Source: Octopus vulgaris (taxonomy: Eukaryota). Taken from it: a stretch of 64,000 nucleotides of DNA. The stretch is taken from NCBI GenBank assembly GCA_951406725.2, contig OX597814.1:201872001-201936000 (forward strand), written 5' to 3'. Within the stretch, counting starts at the first letter, position 1. Each line of letters starts with the position of its first letter. Below the pieces are notes generated by a model, which had not been told where the DNA came from, did no database searches, and was given only the letters and a program-made list of their open reading frames with translations. A program made the position numbers and the translations under genes. Shown here piece by piece: positions 1 to 12,040 of this stretch.

Positions 1-151
1 AGAAACTCTGCCAGACCAAGATTGGAGCCTGGTGCAGTCATCTGATTCACCAGTCCTCGGTCAAATCGTCCAACCCATGCTAGCATGGAAAGCTGATGTT
101 AAACGATGATGATGATGATGATGATGATGATTATGATGATGATGATGATGA
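1..151 (+). mobile_element. 3' end of RTE-clade LINE (family R) with (GAT)n tail
   Basis: ...CCAACCCATGCTAGCATGGAAAGCTGATGTTAAACGATGATGAT matches the terminus that follows RTE coding sequence at 52932-54161. Confidence 0.8.
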
Positions 152-349
152 TTACTCCATTAAATGTAAAGTTTATTCATTCACATTGTTTTCAATTAAT
201 TATGTGTTATCTTATAATTTCAAGATTTGATTGTTTACTTTTACACAGACATTGTGGTATAGGTGGGAGAGCCAAGATCTGGCTAGTTTAAATATAAAGC
301 AGAAAGAATATTTTGACTGAATATAATCAGTTTAAACACTAAGGGTTAA
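152..349. mobile_element. piggyBac-like MITE remnant (right end)
   Basis: AT-rich body ending in AAGGGTTAA (CCC terminus plus TTAA target); left end not clear. Confidence 0.45.
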
Positions 350-651
350 TGTCAGACAATGTTAAAATCTACCCAAATAGTTCATATCAAAGAATATTGG
401 TAAGATATGTGATTTACCATATCTTACCAATTAATTTATAACCATTTTACTATGAAGATATAATGATTTCACCATAATCATATTAATTGTGTCAGTCGTC
501 ATTTTTCTAGCTAAGAAGATTGGTACAATTAGAATGGGGGTGTAAATGGGAGTGAGATGAATTCCTTAAGAATGCTGCATTTGATTTGTAAAACATGACT
601 TTCCAGCCAGAATGAACAAAAGCTCTGCCTCACCATTTTTTGAAAATATAT

Positions 652-868
652 TTATTTCTTTATTGCCCACAGAGGGATAAACATAGAGAGGACAAACAGA
701 GGGATTAAGTCGATTACATCGATCCCAGTGTGTAACTGGTACTCATTTAATTGACCCCGAAAGGACGAGAGGCAAAGTTGACCTCAGCAGAATTTGAACT
801 CAGAACGTAACGGCAGACAAAATACTGCTAAGCCTTTCGCTGGTGCGTTAACAATTTCTGCCAGCCCG
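652..868 (-). mobile_element. tRNA-derived SINE, family S
   Basis: Reverse complement of the GAGTTCAAATTC...GACTTTGCCTTTCATCCTTTCGGGGTCGAT...GTACCAG core seen many times in the window. Confidence 0.85.
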
Positions 869-1141
869 CAGAGAGGAGATAAGCTATCATGGTTCCTTAA
901 TACCAAAATAATTACTAGGATTTTAAAAATTCAAGAAGTCATGTAAGCAACTAATGCATTATTCAAAAATCTAATTAATGCATAATTATCTCATAAAAGG
1001 ATTAAATATCTATTTTGCTTTCGTTTTTAATCTGCCTGTGCATTAAGAAATACTTACCATAAATGCATGGCACCACCTTGTAATCCTTCTCTATTTGATG
1101 CATATAAAATTGATCATGTTTTCTGCCAGTTCTATCAAGGG

Positions 1142-1910
1142 AACCTTTTGATACCAACACCACAGAGACAGACCCTGGTTCTATGATACAAAAGATCAAA
1201 TTTCCAAGTAATTCAAATCAAAACCTTTTCATAAAATTTCCCATTAATTTATGTTCCAAACACTAGTTTAATATAGTAAAGTTATTTCACTAAATCCTTC
1301 GTTATTTTCAAAATTAATTAAATTAAACAAAGGCTCTGCATTTAAGTAAAAATGACTCATAAATGATACTTCGTTAACCATTTTGTTACTGCATTTCTAC
1401 TGAAATTCTTACTGAATTTCTACTTAAATGCAAAGCCTTCTGTATACAATCTTCCATTCTCTTTCTGTAACCATTTGTTACCATATTTCTGTGAAATACT
1501 CTGCCTTTGTTTCTTTTAGTTTTGATAATAATGAAGAATTTAATAAAAGAAATGTGAATTATCAAGTTGGTGCTTGCAACACAAATTAACATGGAATTTT
1601 AATGAAAGATTTTAATTTAGTTTAGAACAGGAAGTTTGTATCATAGATCCAAGGGGCAGCCTTAGGTTAAGACAGCATCAAAAAGTTTAACCTTTTTGCT
1701 ATTACATTTCTGTTGAACTACTCAGCCTCTTTTTTTTTCTATTAACTTTGAAGAATTTAGTAAAATAACATTGTTGTTATGAAGCTGGTGGCTGGAACAT
1801 AATTTCACATAAAATTTTGATGGAAAATTTTAATTTAATCCACTTTAAAAAAGAAGTTTGTATCACAGAACCAGCATTGTTATGAGGCAGGTGGTTATCG
1901 GAAGAATTAA
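1142..1910. mobile_element. three adjacent copies of a TTAA-flanked MITE family (about 1142-1377 inverted, 1374-1690, 1687-1910)
   Basis: Copies 2 and 3 both start TTAACC(A/T)TTT and share GAAGAATTTA.TAAAA...GAAGTTTGTATCA.AGA.CC; copy 1 is the reverse complement; TTAA shared at junctions. Confidence 0.55.
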
Positions 1911-1914
1911 TATA

Positions 1915-2078
1915 TATAGGCATAGACATGGCTCTGGTAAGAAGGTTGCTTCCCAATCACATGGTTCTGGGTTCAGTCCCATTGTGTGGCACCTTGGGCA
2001 AGTATCTTCTACTGTAGTCTTGGGTCAACTAAAGCCTTATCAATGGATTTGGTAGACAGAAACTGAAAGAATCCTGCC
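1915..2078 (+). mobile_element. family K SINE, 5' head fragment
   Basis: GGTTCAGTCCC B-box-like motif, then CACCTTGGGCAAGT...GGATTTGGTAGACAGAAACTGAAAGAA. Confidence 0.75.
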
Positions 2079-2224
2079 TTCATCATCAACAACATAATCT
2101 AAATCCATTGTCCAGGGCTGATAAGCTGAGGGGCTGCACCAGACCCTAGTCTGATTCTGTAAGGATTCTACAGCTTGGGTGTTCTATTATGTGACATTGG
2201 CATGGGTTCTTTTCATGAACATAT

Positions 2225-2631
2225 ACTCTTTTACTCTTTTATTTGTTTCAGTCATTTGACTGTGGCCATGCTGGAGCACCACCTTTTAGTCAATCAAATC
2301 GACCCCAGGACTTATTTTCTGTAAGCCTAGTACTTATTCTATCAGTCTTTTTTGCCAAACCACTAAGTTACAGGAATGTAAATACACAAGTATTGGTTGT
2401 TAAGCGATGTTGGGGGACAAACACAGACACACAAACACACACACACACACATATATACATATACATATATACAACAGGCTTCTTTCAGTTTCCGTCTACC
2501 AAATCCACTCACAAGGCTTTGGTCGGCCAGAGGTTATAGTAGAAAACATTTTGCCCAAGGTCCCACGCAGTGGGACTGAACCCGGAACCATGTGGTTAGT
2601 AAACAAGCTACTTACCACACAGCCACTCCTG
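2225..2631 (-). mobile_element. family K tRNA-derived SINE, near full length
   Basis: Reverse complement of the 25584-25989 copy, including internal (CA/TA)n and (AAAAGAGT) tail. Confidence 0.9.
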
Positions 2632-2649
2632 CATGAAAGAACTAATCTT

Positions 2650-3790
2650 CTACCCAGTGTAATGGGTACTTTTACATGCCACCAACATGGGTGCCAGTAG
2701 CATGACACCAGTACCTACCATGACTGCCATTTCACTTGACTTGATTGGTCTTCTTCTCAAGCATGGAATATTGCCAAAAGTCTTGATCATTTACCATTGC
2801 CTCTGTTTGGCCCAATGCTTGAAAGGTGCTTTTTACGTGCCACTGTCAAAGGTGCCACTTATGCAATACCAGCTTTGGCCAAATTGCCTCCATGAAGCCT
2901 AACACTCAATAGGTGCATTCCAAGTGCCACCCGCACAGGTGCCAGTTGCCTCCATGAGACCCAACTCTCAAAAGTGTTTTTTACGTGCCACTGGTATGGT
3001 TGCCACAACTATGGTTTCAGCAAAGGTTTCAGTCACTCGTCATTGTTTCTGTGAGGTCCAATGTACAAATATCCTACTTCACTACCTCATCACATATCTT
3101 CCTGGATCAAACTCTTCCACAGGTTCCCTCCACAGTTAGAGATCAGCACTTCTTTACACAACTGTCCTCGTCTATACATATCACATGACCATACCAGTGC
3201 AGTCGTTTCTCTTACATACCACATCTGATGCTCTTATGCCCAACTTTTCTCTCAAAATGCTTACATTCTGTAATACATGCACGCTGACATTGCACATCCT
3301 GCAAAAGCTTGCTAACTTAATTTCTTTCAAGTGTACACATGTCCTCGGTGATCACAGCCTATGTTACACCGCTGTGTAGCATAACTGTTTGCATTATTCA
3401 ACCTACCTTTCACTCTGAGGAAGAGGCCCTTTATTGCCAACAGAGGTAGGAGCTCTCTGAACTTTAGCCATCCTATATTTATTCTTGCAGCTATGCTCTC
3501 AGAGCATCCACCTCTGATACTGACTTGGTCACCTAGCAGAAGCTATCAACTACCTCTAGCAAACCCCCATGGCAGTTGATGGAGTCTATTTTCTGTACAT
3601 TTTTAGTATTTATTGTATCTGTGCACTTGACTACAGCACATATTCTGCTCAATACCACAGATTTGCTTGTCAGTTGCTTGACAATAACCAGTTGAGCATG
3701 TTCTTTGGTTGGCTGATTATATGTGCGTCTCTGGTCATGAGCAGGGGCTTTTCCTGTCTTCATATCCCTCATGGCTTTGTCTACCATGCT
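2650..3790 (-). mobile_element. degraded RTE-clade LINE (RT C-terminal part plus 3' UTR repeats)
   Basis: Minus-strand fragments read LEVVDSFC.LGDQV, RL.WYGHV, VEGTCGR and KAMRDMKTGKAP; homologous to 52932-53500. Confidence 0.8.
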
Positions 3791-3804
3791 TCTCTCTATT
3801 CATC

Positions 3805-4052
3805 ATATGTATATGTATATGTATATGTGTGTGTATGTGTTTGTGTTTGTCCCCCACCACTGATTGACAACCAGTGTTGGTTTGTTTACATCCCTGTAAC
3901 TTAGCAGTTTGGCAAAAGAGACTGATATAATAAATACCAAGCTTAAAATAACAAAAATAAGTTCTGGGGTCGTCTCATATATTTCAAGGCAGTGCCCCAG
4001 TATGGCCGCAGTCTAACGATTGAAACAAGTAAAAGACGAAAGATAAAAGAGA
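3805..4052 (+). mobile_element. family K SINE, 3' half
   Basis: GACAACCAGTGTTGG...GTAACTTAGCAGTTTGGCAAAAGAGAC...GAAACAAGTAAAAGA. Confidence 0.8.
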
Positions 4053-4203
4053 CACCTACCTGAAGTGATTCTGTTCAATATTAACAAACACGAACATCTC
4101 CACCAATCAATTAGCAAAGATGGAATTAAAATGGATATTTTGGTATTGTTTTGATTCCACTCCTTCCATCGTTTTTAGAATGGTATCTCAACTTTGGAAT
4201 CGA

Positions 4204-4832
4204 CTAACTTGATAATATTTCAACTCGAACAGCTATACCATTTTTGTTTTTGTTGCTGTTGTTGTTCTCGCAGACATCTTCACCCTCATCATTGACATCA
4301 TCATCATCATGATCATCATCTTCCGATTCTTCACCTTCATTATTATCCTCATCACTATCATCATCACCACCACCATCATCATCATCGCCGTTGTCATCAT
4401 CGTCGTCATCATCGTCATCATCACCACCACTATCATCAATGTCATCACCCTCATCACCACCACCACCACCACCATCATCATCATCTATACCATCATCATC
4501 GTTGTCGTCGTCGTCATCGTTGTCGTCGTCATCATCGTTGTCGTTGTCGTCATCGTTGTCGTCGTCATCATCATCACCATCACCACTATCATCAGTATCA
4601 TCATTGTCATCACCCTCATCACAACCACCGCCACTACCACCATCATCATCATCATCATCATCATCATAATCATCATCATCATCAATATCATCATCATCAT
4701 CATCATCAATATCATCATCATCATCATCATTATCAATATCATCATCATCATCATCATCATCAATATCATCGTTGTCATCATCATCATCACCATCACCACT
4801 ATCATCACTATCATCATTGTCATCACCTCATC

Positions 4833-4866
<34 letters not shown>

Positions 4867-5021
4867 TCATCAATATCATCATTGTTGTCGTCGTCACCAC
4901 CATCATCACTATCATTATTGTCATCATCATCAACACCACCATCATCATCATCGCTACCACCACCACCACCACCACCACCGTCATCATCCTCATTGTCATA
5001 GTTTTCGGTATCATCAACCTC
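4204..5021 (-). other. possible Asp/Gly-rich exon, or degenerate (GAT/GGT)n repeat
   Basis: T-rich tract and AG before 5021; frame EVDDTENYDNEDDDGGG...EGEDVCENNNSNKNKNGIAVRVEILSS* is stop-free except a 1-nt shift near 4825. Confidence 0.3.
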
Positions 5022-5479
5022 CTTATAACAAAAAAACCCCTAAAAAACAAAAAAAAAACAATCTCTGATCATTGATCTGCAATTGAAATCAATCACGTCA
5101 CATGTCACCGAGTAGGCAAAAAGAGGACGGAGGACCGTAAACCTAATTTCTGTGATACTTTCACTCCAGAATACAGAAGAAGAGACATGATTAAATAGAA
5201 AAGAAGTTAAGATGGAATTTAATCTGCTTCCCTTCTACAATAATATTTATCCTTCCCTTATGTTTTTAGTTTTCATTTTGAATTCTTTTAGCTTTTGGTT
5301 CTTCTGTCTGATTGCTGGAACTTCCTCCCAGTTGTCTGCATTATTTCCTGGGGTGGTTAAGTCTGTTGCTGTCTACTGCCACAGAATTGAAAGGAAATGT
5401 CAAAAAAGAAAGAAAAAAAGTGAAAAAAAAAGGAAAAAAAGAGAAAAAATCTTCTGCTTCTCATATTCTATCTGTTATG

Positions 5480-5679
<200 letters not shown>

Positions 5680-5881
5680 CTTGAGCAGATAAAGAAATTC
5701 ATGGCACGAACTTCAACAGCAATCAATAAACATGAAAAAAAAAAAAAATAGACGGAAAAGAAAAAGCGAATTCAGCAAAGCTTTTATCTAGAAACAACAT
5801 TACTTTTTCTATTTTTTCTTTCTTTTTTTTTTGTGAAACAGCCATTAATAAAACAAAAGCAAAAACAACAACGACAACAAC

Positions 5882-5912
<31 letters not shown>

Positions 5913-6214
5913 GTAAATGAATAAATAAATAAATAAATGAAATGAAATGAAATGAAAACTGAGAAGATTGTCACACATGATGAACATAGCAGGAATTTTA
6001 AATGTATCTTTTAACTTTGGCAACCTCAACTTCTTTTTAAATAGCTGCTACGTATAATCTATAAGCTTCGGATAATTTTCATTCATAGCTGGAAACTGAA
6101 AGTCCTAAACAAATCTGTCCTGATCTATCATTATAAGAAGCGGTTTAAGAGTTGACCATAAAAACTATTTCGGGTTGGGACTTAGCTTTTGTTAGATAAT
6201 TTGATATTTGTGCA

Positions 6215-6273
<59 letters not shown>

Positions 6274-6466
6274 GTTTGACTTTTGCATTACATTTGCACA
6301 AGCTGGCTCCAAGTCTCACCCAGAGACCTCAAGAGACAACAAGTTGGAAGTTCATGTTGGTGTTATGCCTAGGGTGCCATATATTTGGTTTTGTACATAG
6401 TGTTGTTCTAGAGAATGTTTAAGAAATCATACTAAAATTATGTTTGTTTTAAAACTTTTTAAAAAT

Positions 6467-6670
6467 ATTATTTGGTATTGTCATGATTCCACTCCTTCCA
6501 TCGTTTTTAGAATGATATCTCAACTGTGGGATTGACTAACTTGATAATATTTCAACTCGAACAGCTATATCATTACTGTTGTTGTTCTCATAGACATCTT
6601 CACCCTCATCATTGACATCATCATCATCATCATCTGCTTCTTCACCATCATGATTATCCTCATTATCCTA
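6467..6670. repeat. diverged duplicate of about 4135-4350
   Basis: GATTCCACTCCTTCCATCGTTTTTAGAATG...GACATCTTCACCCTCATCATTGACATC shared at both sites. Confidence 0.9.
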
Positions 6671-6701
6671 ATATTATTATTATTATTATTATTATTATTA
6701 C

Positions 6702-6943
6702 TTTTTTTTCTTCTTCTTTCAAATTTGCTATCATTTCTTGCCGAGTGTCTTCCCGACTCCTAGGGCAAAGAAACTCATAGTATACATTGGTAGGCCATTA
6801 AACCAAACTCAGTAGTTCGTTCATTTTTTTTTTTTTTTTTTAAGTTAAATTAAAATACATGAGCAGCAACAGTTCTCACATCGACAATGCTCTTCTCAAT
6901 ACGTGTGATGTACCAGTTAAGACAATCTTTTGCACTTCTTGCA
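6702..6943 (-). mobile_element. 3' end of R4/Dong-like (REL endonuclease) LINE, family D1, in (TTA)n
   Basis: Encodes LQEVQKIVLTGTSHVLRRALSM* plus 3' UTR; TTA repeats on both sides. Confidence 0.75.
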
Positions 6944-6944
6944 A

Positions 6945-6995
<51 letters not shown>

Positions 6996-6996
6996 G

Positions 6997-7147
6997 TGGT
7001 GAGCTGGCAGAATCGTTAGCAAGCCAGGTAAAATGTTTAACAGTATTTTGTCTGTTTTCATGTTCTGATTTCAAATCCCACCAAGGTCGACTTTGCTGTT
7101 CATCCTTTAGGGGTCGATAAAATAAGTACCAGTTAAGTACTGGGGGC
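6997..7147 (+). mobile_element. family S SINE (3' truncated)
   Basis: GGTGAGCTGGCAGAATCGTTAGC head plus conserved core. Confidence 0.85.
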
Positions 7148-7300
7148 CCTATTATTACTGGGATAACAGTTACTCTCCTCGTTGACCACATTCTTGCAAA
7201 GTTATCTCTTAGTAGTCTGTTTTTCTTCATCTTTTCCAGCTATTTGTCATCTATGTGTGCATCCCCAGGTATGGCAATAACTATGATATTGGTTTCCTTA
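7145..7300 (-). mobile_element. REL endonuclease fragment of an R4/Dong-like LINE
   Basis: IAIPGDAHIDDK*LEK...ARMWSTRRVTVIPVIIG, typical of the REL domain C-terminus. Confidence 0.65.
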
Positions 7301-7323
7301 TGATTATTATTATTATTATTACA

Positions 7324-7548
7324 TTTTTTTTTCTTCTTTCAAATTTGCTTCCATTTCTTGCCGAGTGTCTTCCCGACTCCTAGGGCAAAGAAACTCATAG
7401 TATACATTGGTAGGCCATTAAACTAAACTCAATAGTTCGTTCATTTTTTTTTTTTTAAGTTAAATTAAAATACATGGGTAGTAATAGTTCTCACATCGAC
7501 AATGCTCTTCTCAATACGTGTGATGTACCAGTTAAGACAATCTTTTGC

Positions 7549-7552
<4 letters not shown>
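7324..7552 (-). mobile_element. family D1 LINE 3' end, copy 2
   Basis: Near-identical to 6702-6943. Confidence 0.8.
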
Positions 7553-7621
<69 letters not shown>

Positions 7622-7624
<3 letters not shown>

Positions 7625-8183
7625 GAGCGAGAAAGCAGTGCATGCCCTCAAAGTGACACTGGGGTACAAATACACGGAGCCATATATACCTATCATGACT
7701 ACCCATCTTATAAGGGTTCACCATGCACATGCATCACAACCTTATGTTCATGACATGGTGATCTCATATCAAGATAAACAGAACGTGACTTTGCAGGTGG
7801 GGCCCAGTTAGAATTTTCTTCATGTTGTGTAGCCCATCCCACACAAAAGGCCACTGGATAAGGGTTGTTTAAGGATGTTGAACGAAACACCCATCTTTCT
7901 AGAGGTGAATTATTCAAACCCCAAAGAATTCCTCTCAACAGATGGCTATGATGCTCCCCCACTACTTCTGCTCATAATCAGAGATGCACATATCATCAGC
8001 CACTAAGGGACATGCTCAACTGGTGAAGGTCAAACAACCGACAAGCAAATCTGTGGTACTGAGCAGAATATTTGCTGTAGCCCATCTTTTATACCAAGAC
8101 AAAACAATGTACATGATAACACTTCCAATCAGTTAAGATCAGAAGCCATGAGAGCCACTGTCTAGTACTGCATCAGAGCATTA
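7622..8183. mobile_element. non-coding interspersed repeat inserted in (TTA)n
   Basis: Bounded by TTA repeats; an internal piece recurs inverted at about 3640-3745. Confidence 0.55.
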
Positions 8184-8260
8184 TTATATTTACTGATCTT
8201 GTCAAATTCTTTCGCCGCTATATTGTGATCACAAGGAATACTCATGTCAATTAATAAACA

Positions 8261-8292
<32 letters not shown>

Positions 8293-8293
<1 letters not shown>

Positions 8294-8590
8294 TTTTTTT
8301 CAAATTTGCTTCCATTTCTTGCCGAGTGTCTTCCCGACTCCTAGGGCAAAGAAACTCATAGTATACATTGGTAGGCCATTAAACCAAACTCAGTAGTTCG
8401 TTCATTTTTTTTTTTTCTTTTAAGTTAAATTAAAATACATGAGCAGCAACAGTTCTCACATCGACAATGCTCTTCTCAATACGTGTGATGTACCAGTTAA
8501 GACAATCTTTTGCACTTCTTGCAGGGATGGTAAGCCAGGGATCATTCTCATATAATTTTCGGTTCCCTTCTTGATCATTCCTAGTGCTCC

Positions 8591-8592
<2 letters not shown>
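8293..8592 (-). mobile_element. family D1 LINE 3' end, copy 3 (longest)
   Basis: IGALGMIKKGTENYMRMIPGLPSLQEVQKIVLTGTSHVLRRALSM*; flanked by (TTA)n. Confidence 0.8.
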
Positions 8593-8642
<50 letters not shown>

Positions 8643-8647
8643 TTTTT

Positions 8648-8954
8648 ATTCAGTAGTCTTATTTTTATCACATGCCTTCACTGCACAACCGAGCACAGCT
8701 CTGTGTGCCTTGGGTATGTGCTGTGATTTGTTGTGATGCTCTGATGGTTACTGTATTGAAAGTTTTTTACATAGGTTGTGTGCAGTGCCTAGTAGTGCTA
8801 TTTTCTGTATGTTATATATACTTGTTAGTCCTGGTGTTTTTGTTATGTATTTGCTTGAATATTTATTTTTTATCACACCTAATGTGCTTACTATGATAGG
8901 AATTGTTTCTGTTTTTAGACTCCACATTCGAGTTACCTCTATTTCCAGGTCTTT
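8648..8954 (-). mobile_element. R4/Dong-like LINE 3' end, family D2
   Basis: KDLEIEVTRMWSLKTETIPIIV.TLG...IQKIALLGTAH; flanked by (TTA)n; recurs at 25060 and 56713. Confidence 0.75.
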
Positions 8955-8970
8955 ATTATTATTATTATCA

Positions 8971-9339
8971 TTATTACCTCCGCATTAGCAAAGGTGGAGA
9001 TATTGTCTTCAGTTGTGTTCATTTGTTTGTGTTCATGGACAAGATATCTCAAGAACCGCTGAATGGATTCAGATGAAACTTTCAGGGATGTTTGGCCTTG
9101 TGACAGGCACGAACTGATTAGATTTTGGGATCAATCCAGTACCGGACAAGATTTCTAGATTATTTTTCCTGTTTTTTTGCTTAATTTTTGAGAGCAGTTG
9201 GACTCATTTTTAGTATTCTCATTTGTGAGAGCAGTTGAGTTTATTTCAGATATTCATTTTAAAAATCATCTCTGGCTAATCGTTGAGAGGACGTTGGTGT
9301 TGCCTTGGCAGAGGTTTGCACTCTCTGAGTGTTCTTGTT
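8971..9339 (+). mobile_element. Helentron-associated non-autonomous element (HINE/DINE-1-like)
   Basis: 5' TTATTACCTCCGC, subterminal inverted copy GGCAGAGGT near the 3' end, terminal hairpin GCACTCTCTGAGTGT, T-rich ends. Confidence 0.7.
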
Positions 9340-9547
9340 ATTATTATTAGTATTACATTTTGCCTTTATTTTAATTAATCCAGAAAATCCCATAATTCTT
9401 CTTCTCTATCTCAGCCTCTGGTTTGTGTTTGTACCACATTTCTATCACTTTGAATCCATGCGCTCAGTTAACATCCAAATCCATACTTTTGCCAAGACAC
9501 TCTCGCAAGCTTACTTCATTCACTTAGGAGATCGTTAATACTTTGGG

Positions 9548-9584
9548 ATCATCATCATCATCATCAACATTATTGTTATTATTA

Positions 9585-9635
<51 letters not shown>

Positions 9636-9949
9636 TATTATTATTATTATTATTATTATTATTTTATTATTATTATTATTATTATTATCATCATTAATAT
9701 TGTTATTATTATTATTATTGTTGTTGTTGTTGTTGTGTTGTTATTACTATTATTATTGTTGTTGTTGTTGTTATTATTGTTGTTTTTGCTGTTGTTGTTA
9801 TTGTTGTTTTTGTTGTTGTTATTATTATTGTTGTTGTTATTATTATTGTTGTTGTTGTTGTTATTATCATTATTATCATCATCATTATTATTTTTTTAAT
9901 ATTATTATTATCATTATTATTATTATTGTTATTAATTTTATTATTATTA

Positions 9950-9983
<34 letters not shown>

Positions 9984-10018
9984 CATTATTATTATCATTA
10001 TTATTATCATTATTATTA

Positions 10019-10091
<73 letters not shown>

Positions 10092-10108
10092 TATTATTAT
10101 TATTATTA
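9548..10108. repeat. compound (TTA/TTG/TCA)n microsatellite
   Basis: direct reading. Confidence 0.95.
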
Positions 10109-10770
10109 TGCCAGTGCATGCTAATTTAATTAGCAGGGATTTTATTTCAAGGTTTGTCGACAATAAGTCCCCTCAAATCTCAAGAACCTTCATTAGGATT
10201 CTTGCAGAACGTGAGTGCTTTTCTGCAGATCAGCAAATTGAGTTTCCATTCCAATCTCTTTCAGTCTTTTAAAGTAACATTCTGGGTGTTGTGCCAAGTG
10301 CACTAATTACCACAGAAATAATTGGTGCCTTAATTTTCCATCGTCTCCTCAGTTCTCTGCCAGCATCCTGATATTTCCTGATTTCTTTAGTAGCAATTCT
10401 TCTCTTATAGGAAATTGCATATCTAGGATCTTACACTGCTTGTCTATTTTGTCCTCCATGAAGGCGGCGAGCTAGCAGACACGTTAGCGTGCCGGGCGAA
10501 ATGCTTAGCGGTATTTCGTCTGTCGTTACGTTCTGAGTTCAAATACCACCGAGGTCGACTTTGCCTTTCATCCTTTCGGGGTCGATAAATAAAGTACCAG
10601 TTTCGCACTGGGGGCGATATAATCCACTCAATCCCTTCGTCTGTCCTTGTTTGTCCCCTCTATGTTTAGCCCTTTCTGGGCAGTAAAGAAATTTATTTTG
10701 TCCTCCATGATCATACCTAATCTCTTTTGGTTTGATATTATGATCAATCTTCATGGAGAAATCCCACAAT
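10109..10770 (-). mobile_element. R4/Dong-like LINE endonuclease domain and 3' end (family D3), split by a SINE
   Basis: LWDFSMKIDH...KEIRKYQD.GRELRRRWK...VVISALGTTP...SARILMKVLEI*; abuts (TTA)n. Confidence 0.7.
10462..10693 (+). mobile_element. family S SINE, full length, 17-bp TSD
   Basis: TATTTTGTCCTCCATGA at 10445-10461 and 10694-10710. Confidence 0.92.
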
Positions 10771-11100
10771 CATCATCATCACCATCATCATTTAACCTCC
10801 ACTTTCCATGCTGGCATGGGTTGGACTGTTTGACTGAGGACTGGCAAGCCAACCACCCCGAGAGTGTAGTGGGTGCTTTTTATGTGCCACCAGCACAGGA
10901 GCCCGTCACGTGGGCCTGGCATCGATCCCATTTGGATAATGTTTTTTATGTGCCACCGGCACAGGAGCCAGTCAGGCAGTCCTGGTATCAATCACATTCG
11001 TATAATGCTTTTTATGTGCTACTAGCACAGAGGCCAGTCAGAGTGTACTGGCATTGGCCACGTTCAGATGGTGCCTTTTACGTGCCACTGGTACAAGAGT
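10771..11100 (-). mobile_element. family R RTE 3' UTR fragment with ~65-bp tandem units
   Basis: (CAT)n, TTTAACCTCCACTTTCCATGCTGGCATGGGTTGG, repeated TTTATGTGCCACC units. Confidence 0.8.
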
Positions 11101-11107
11101 CAATCAT

Positions 11108-11328
11108 TAAGGTGGGGAACTGGCAGAATTCCTTGCATGCTGGTAAAAATTCTTAATGGCATTTTGTCTGCCTTTACCTTCTGAGTTCAAATTCCACTGA
11201 GATTGATTTTGCTTTTCATCCTTTGAGGTCAATGAAATAAGTACCATTTGAATACTGGGGTTCAATGTAATTGACTTGCACCCCTCACCCCTCAAAATAC
11301 TGGTCTTCTGACAAAATTTGAAACCGAT
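11108..11328 (+). mobile_element. family S SINE (diverged)
   Basis: head and core motifs present. Confidence 0.75.
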
Positions 11329-11489
11329 GTTTTTACATCTCTATTCTACTGCGGTCTACTGAAATGACTGGTCCTTCTGTTGGGCCCATGTTGTAAAGAC
11401 CCCCTTTTGTACCAAGCATTCTCCAGATCTAACAATCTCTCACAGTGGCACTTTGCTAAGTCTCTTGTTTTTTGGGTTTTTTTAAAAAA

Positions 11490-11882
11490 TATGACCGCCT
11501 GATTGGCACGCGTGCCAGTGGGGCATTAAAAGCACATTCGAGCATGATCATTGCCAGGGTCATGGATTGGCTCCCATACCGGTGGCACTTAAATAGCACC
11601 ATTCAAGCATGATTGTTGCCAGTACTGCCGGACTGGCTCCCATACAGGTAGCACATAAAAAACACCATTTGAGTGCAGTAGTTGCCAGAACTGCCTGACT
11701 GGCCCTTATGCTGGCGACAAGTAAAAGCACCCACTACACTCTTGAAGTGGTTGGCGTTAGGAAGGGCATCCAGCTGTAGAAACTTTGTTGGATCAGATCG
11801 AGGCTGGTGCAGCCTCTGGCTCACCAGTCCTCAGTTAAACCATCCAACCCATGCCAGCATGGAAAGCAGATGTTAAACGACA

Positions 11883-11912
<30 letters not shown>
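11490..11912 (+). mobile_element. family R RTE 3' UTR fragment
   Basis: tandem units, GGTTGGCGTTAGGAAGGGCATCCAGCTGTAGAAA, (GAT)n tail. Confidence 0.85.
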
Positions 11913-11916
<4 letters not shown>

Positions 11917-11984
11917 TGTCTTGAATGGCACAACAATGCTGATTAGACTATAATAACTGTTATAACTTAATTATCCATAATCTG

Positions 11985-12040
<56 letters not shown>

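Noticed and set aside
1002-1199. 65-aa ORF as a gene
   Set aside because: Begins inside a MITE; only a donor-like site at 1057 supports an exon and the acceptor is weak.
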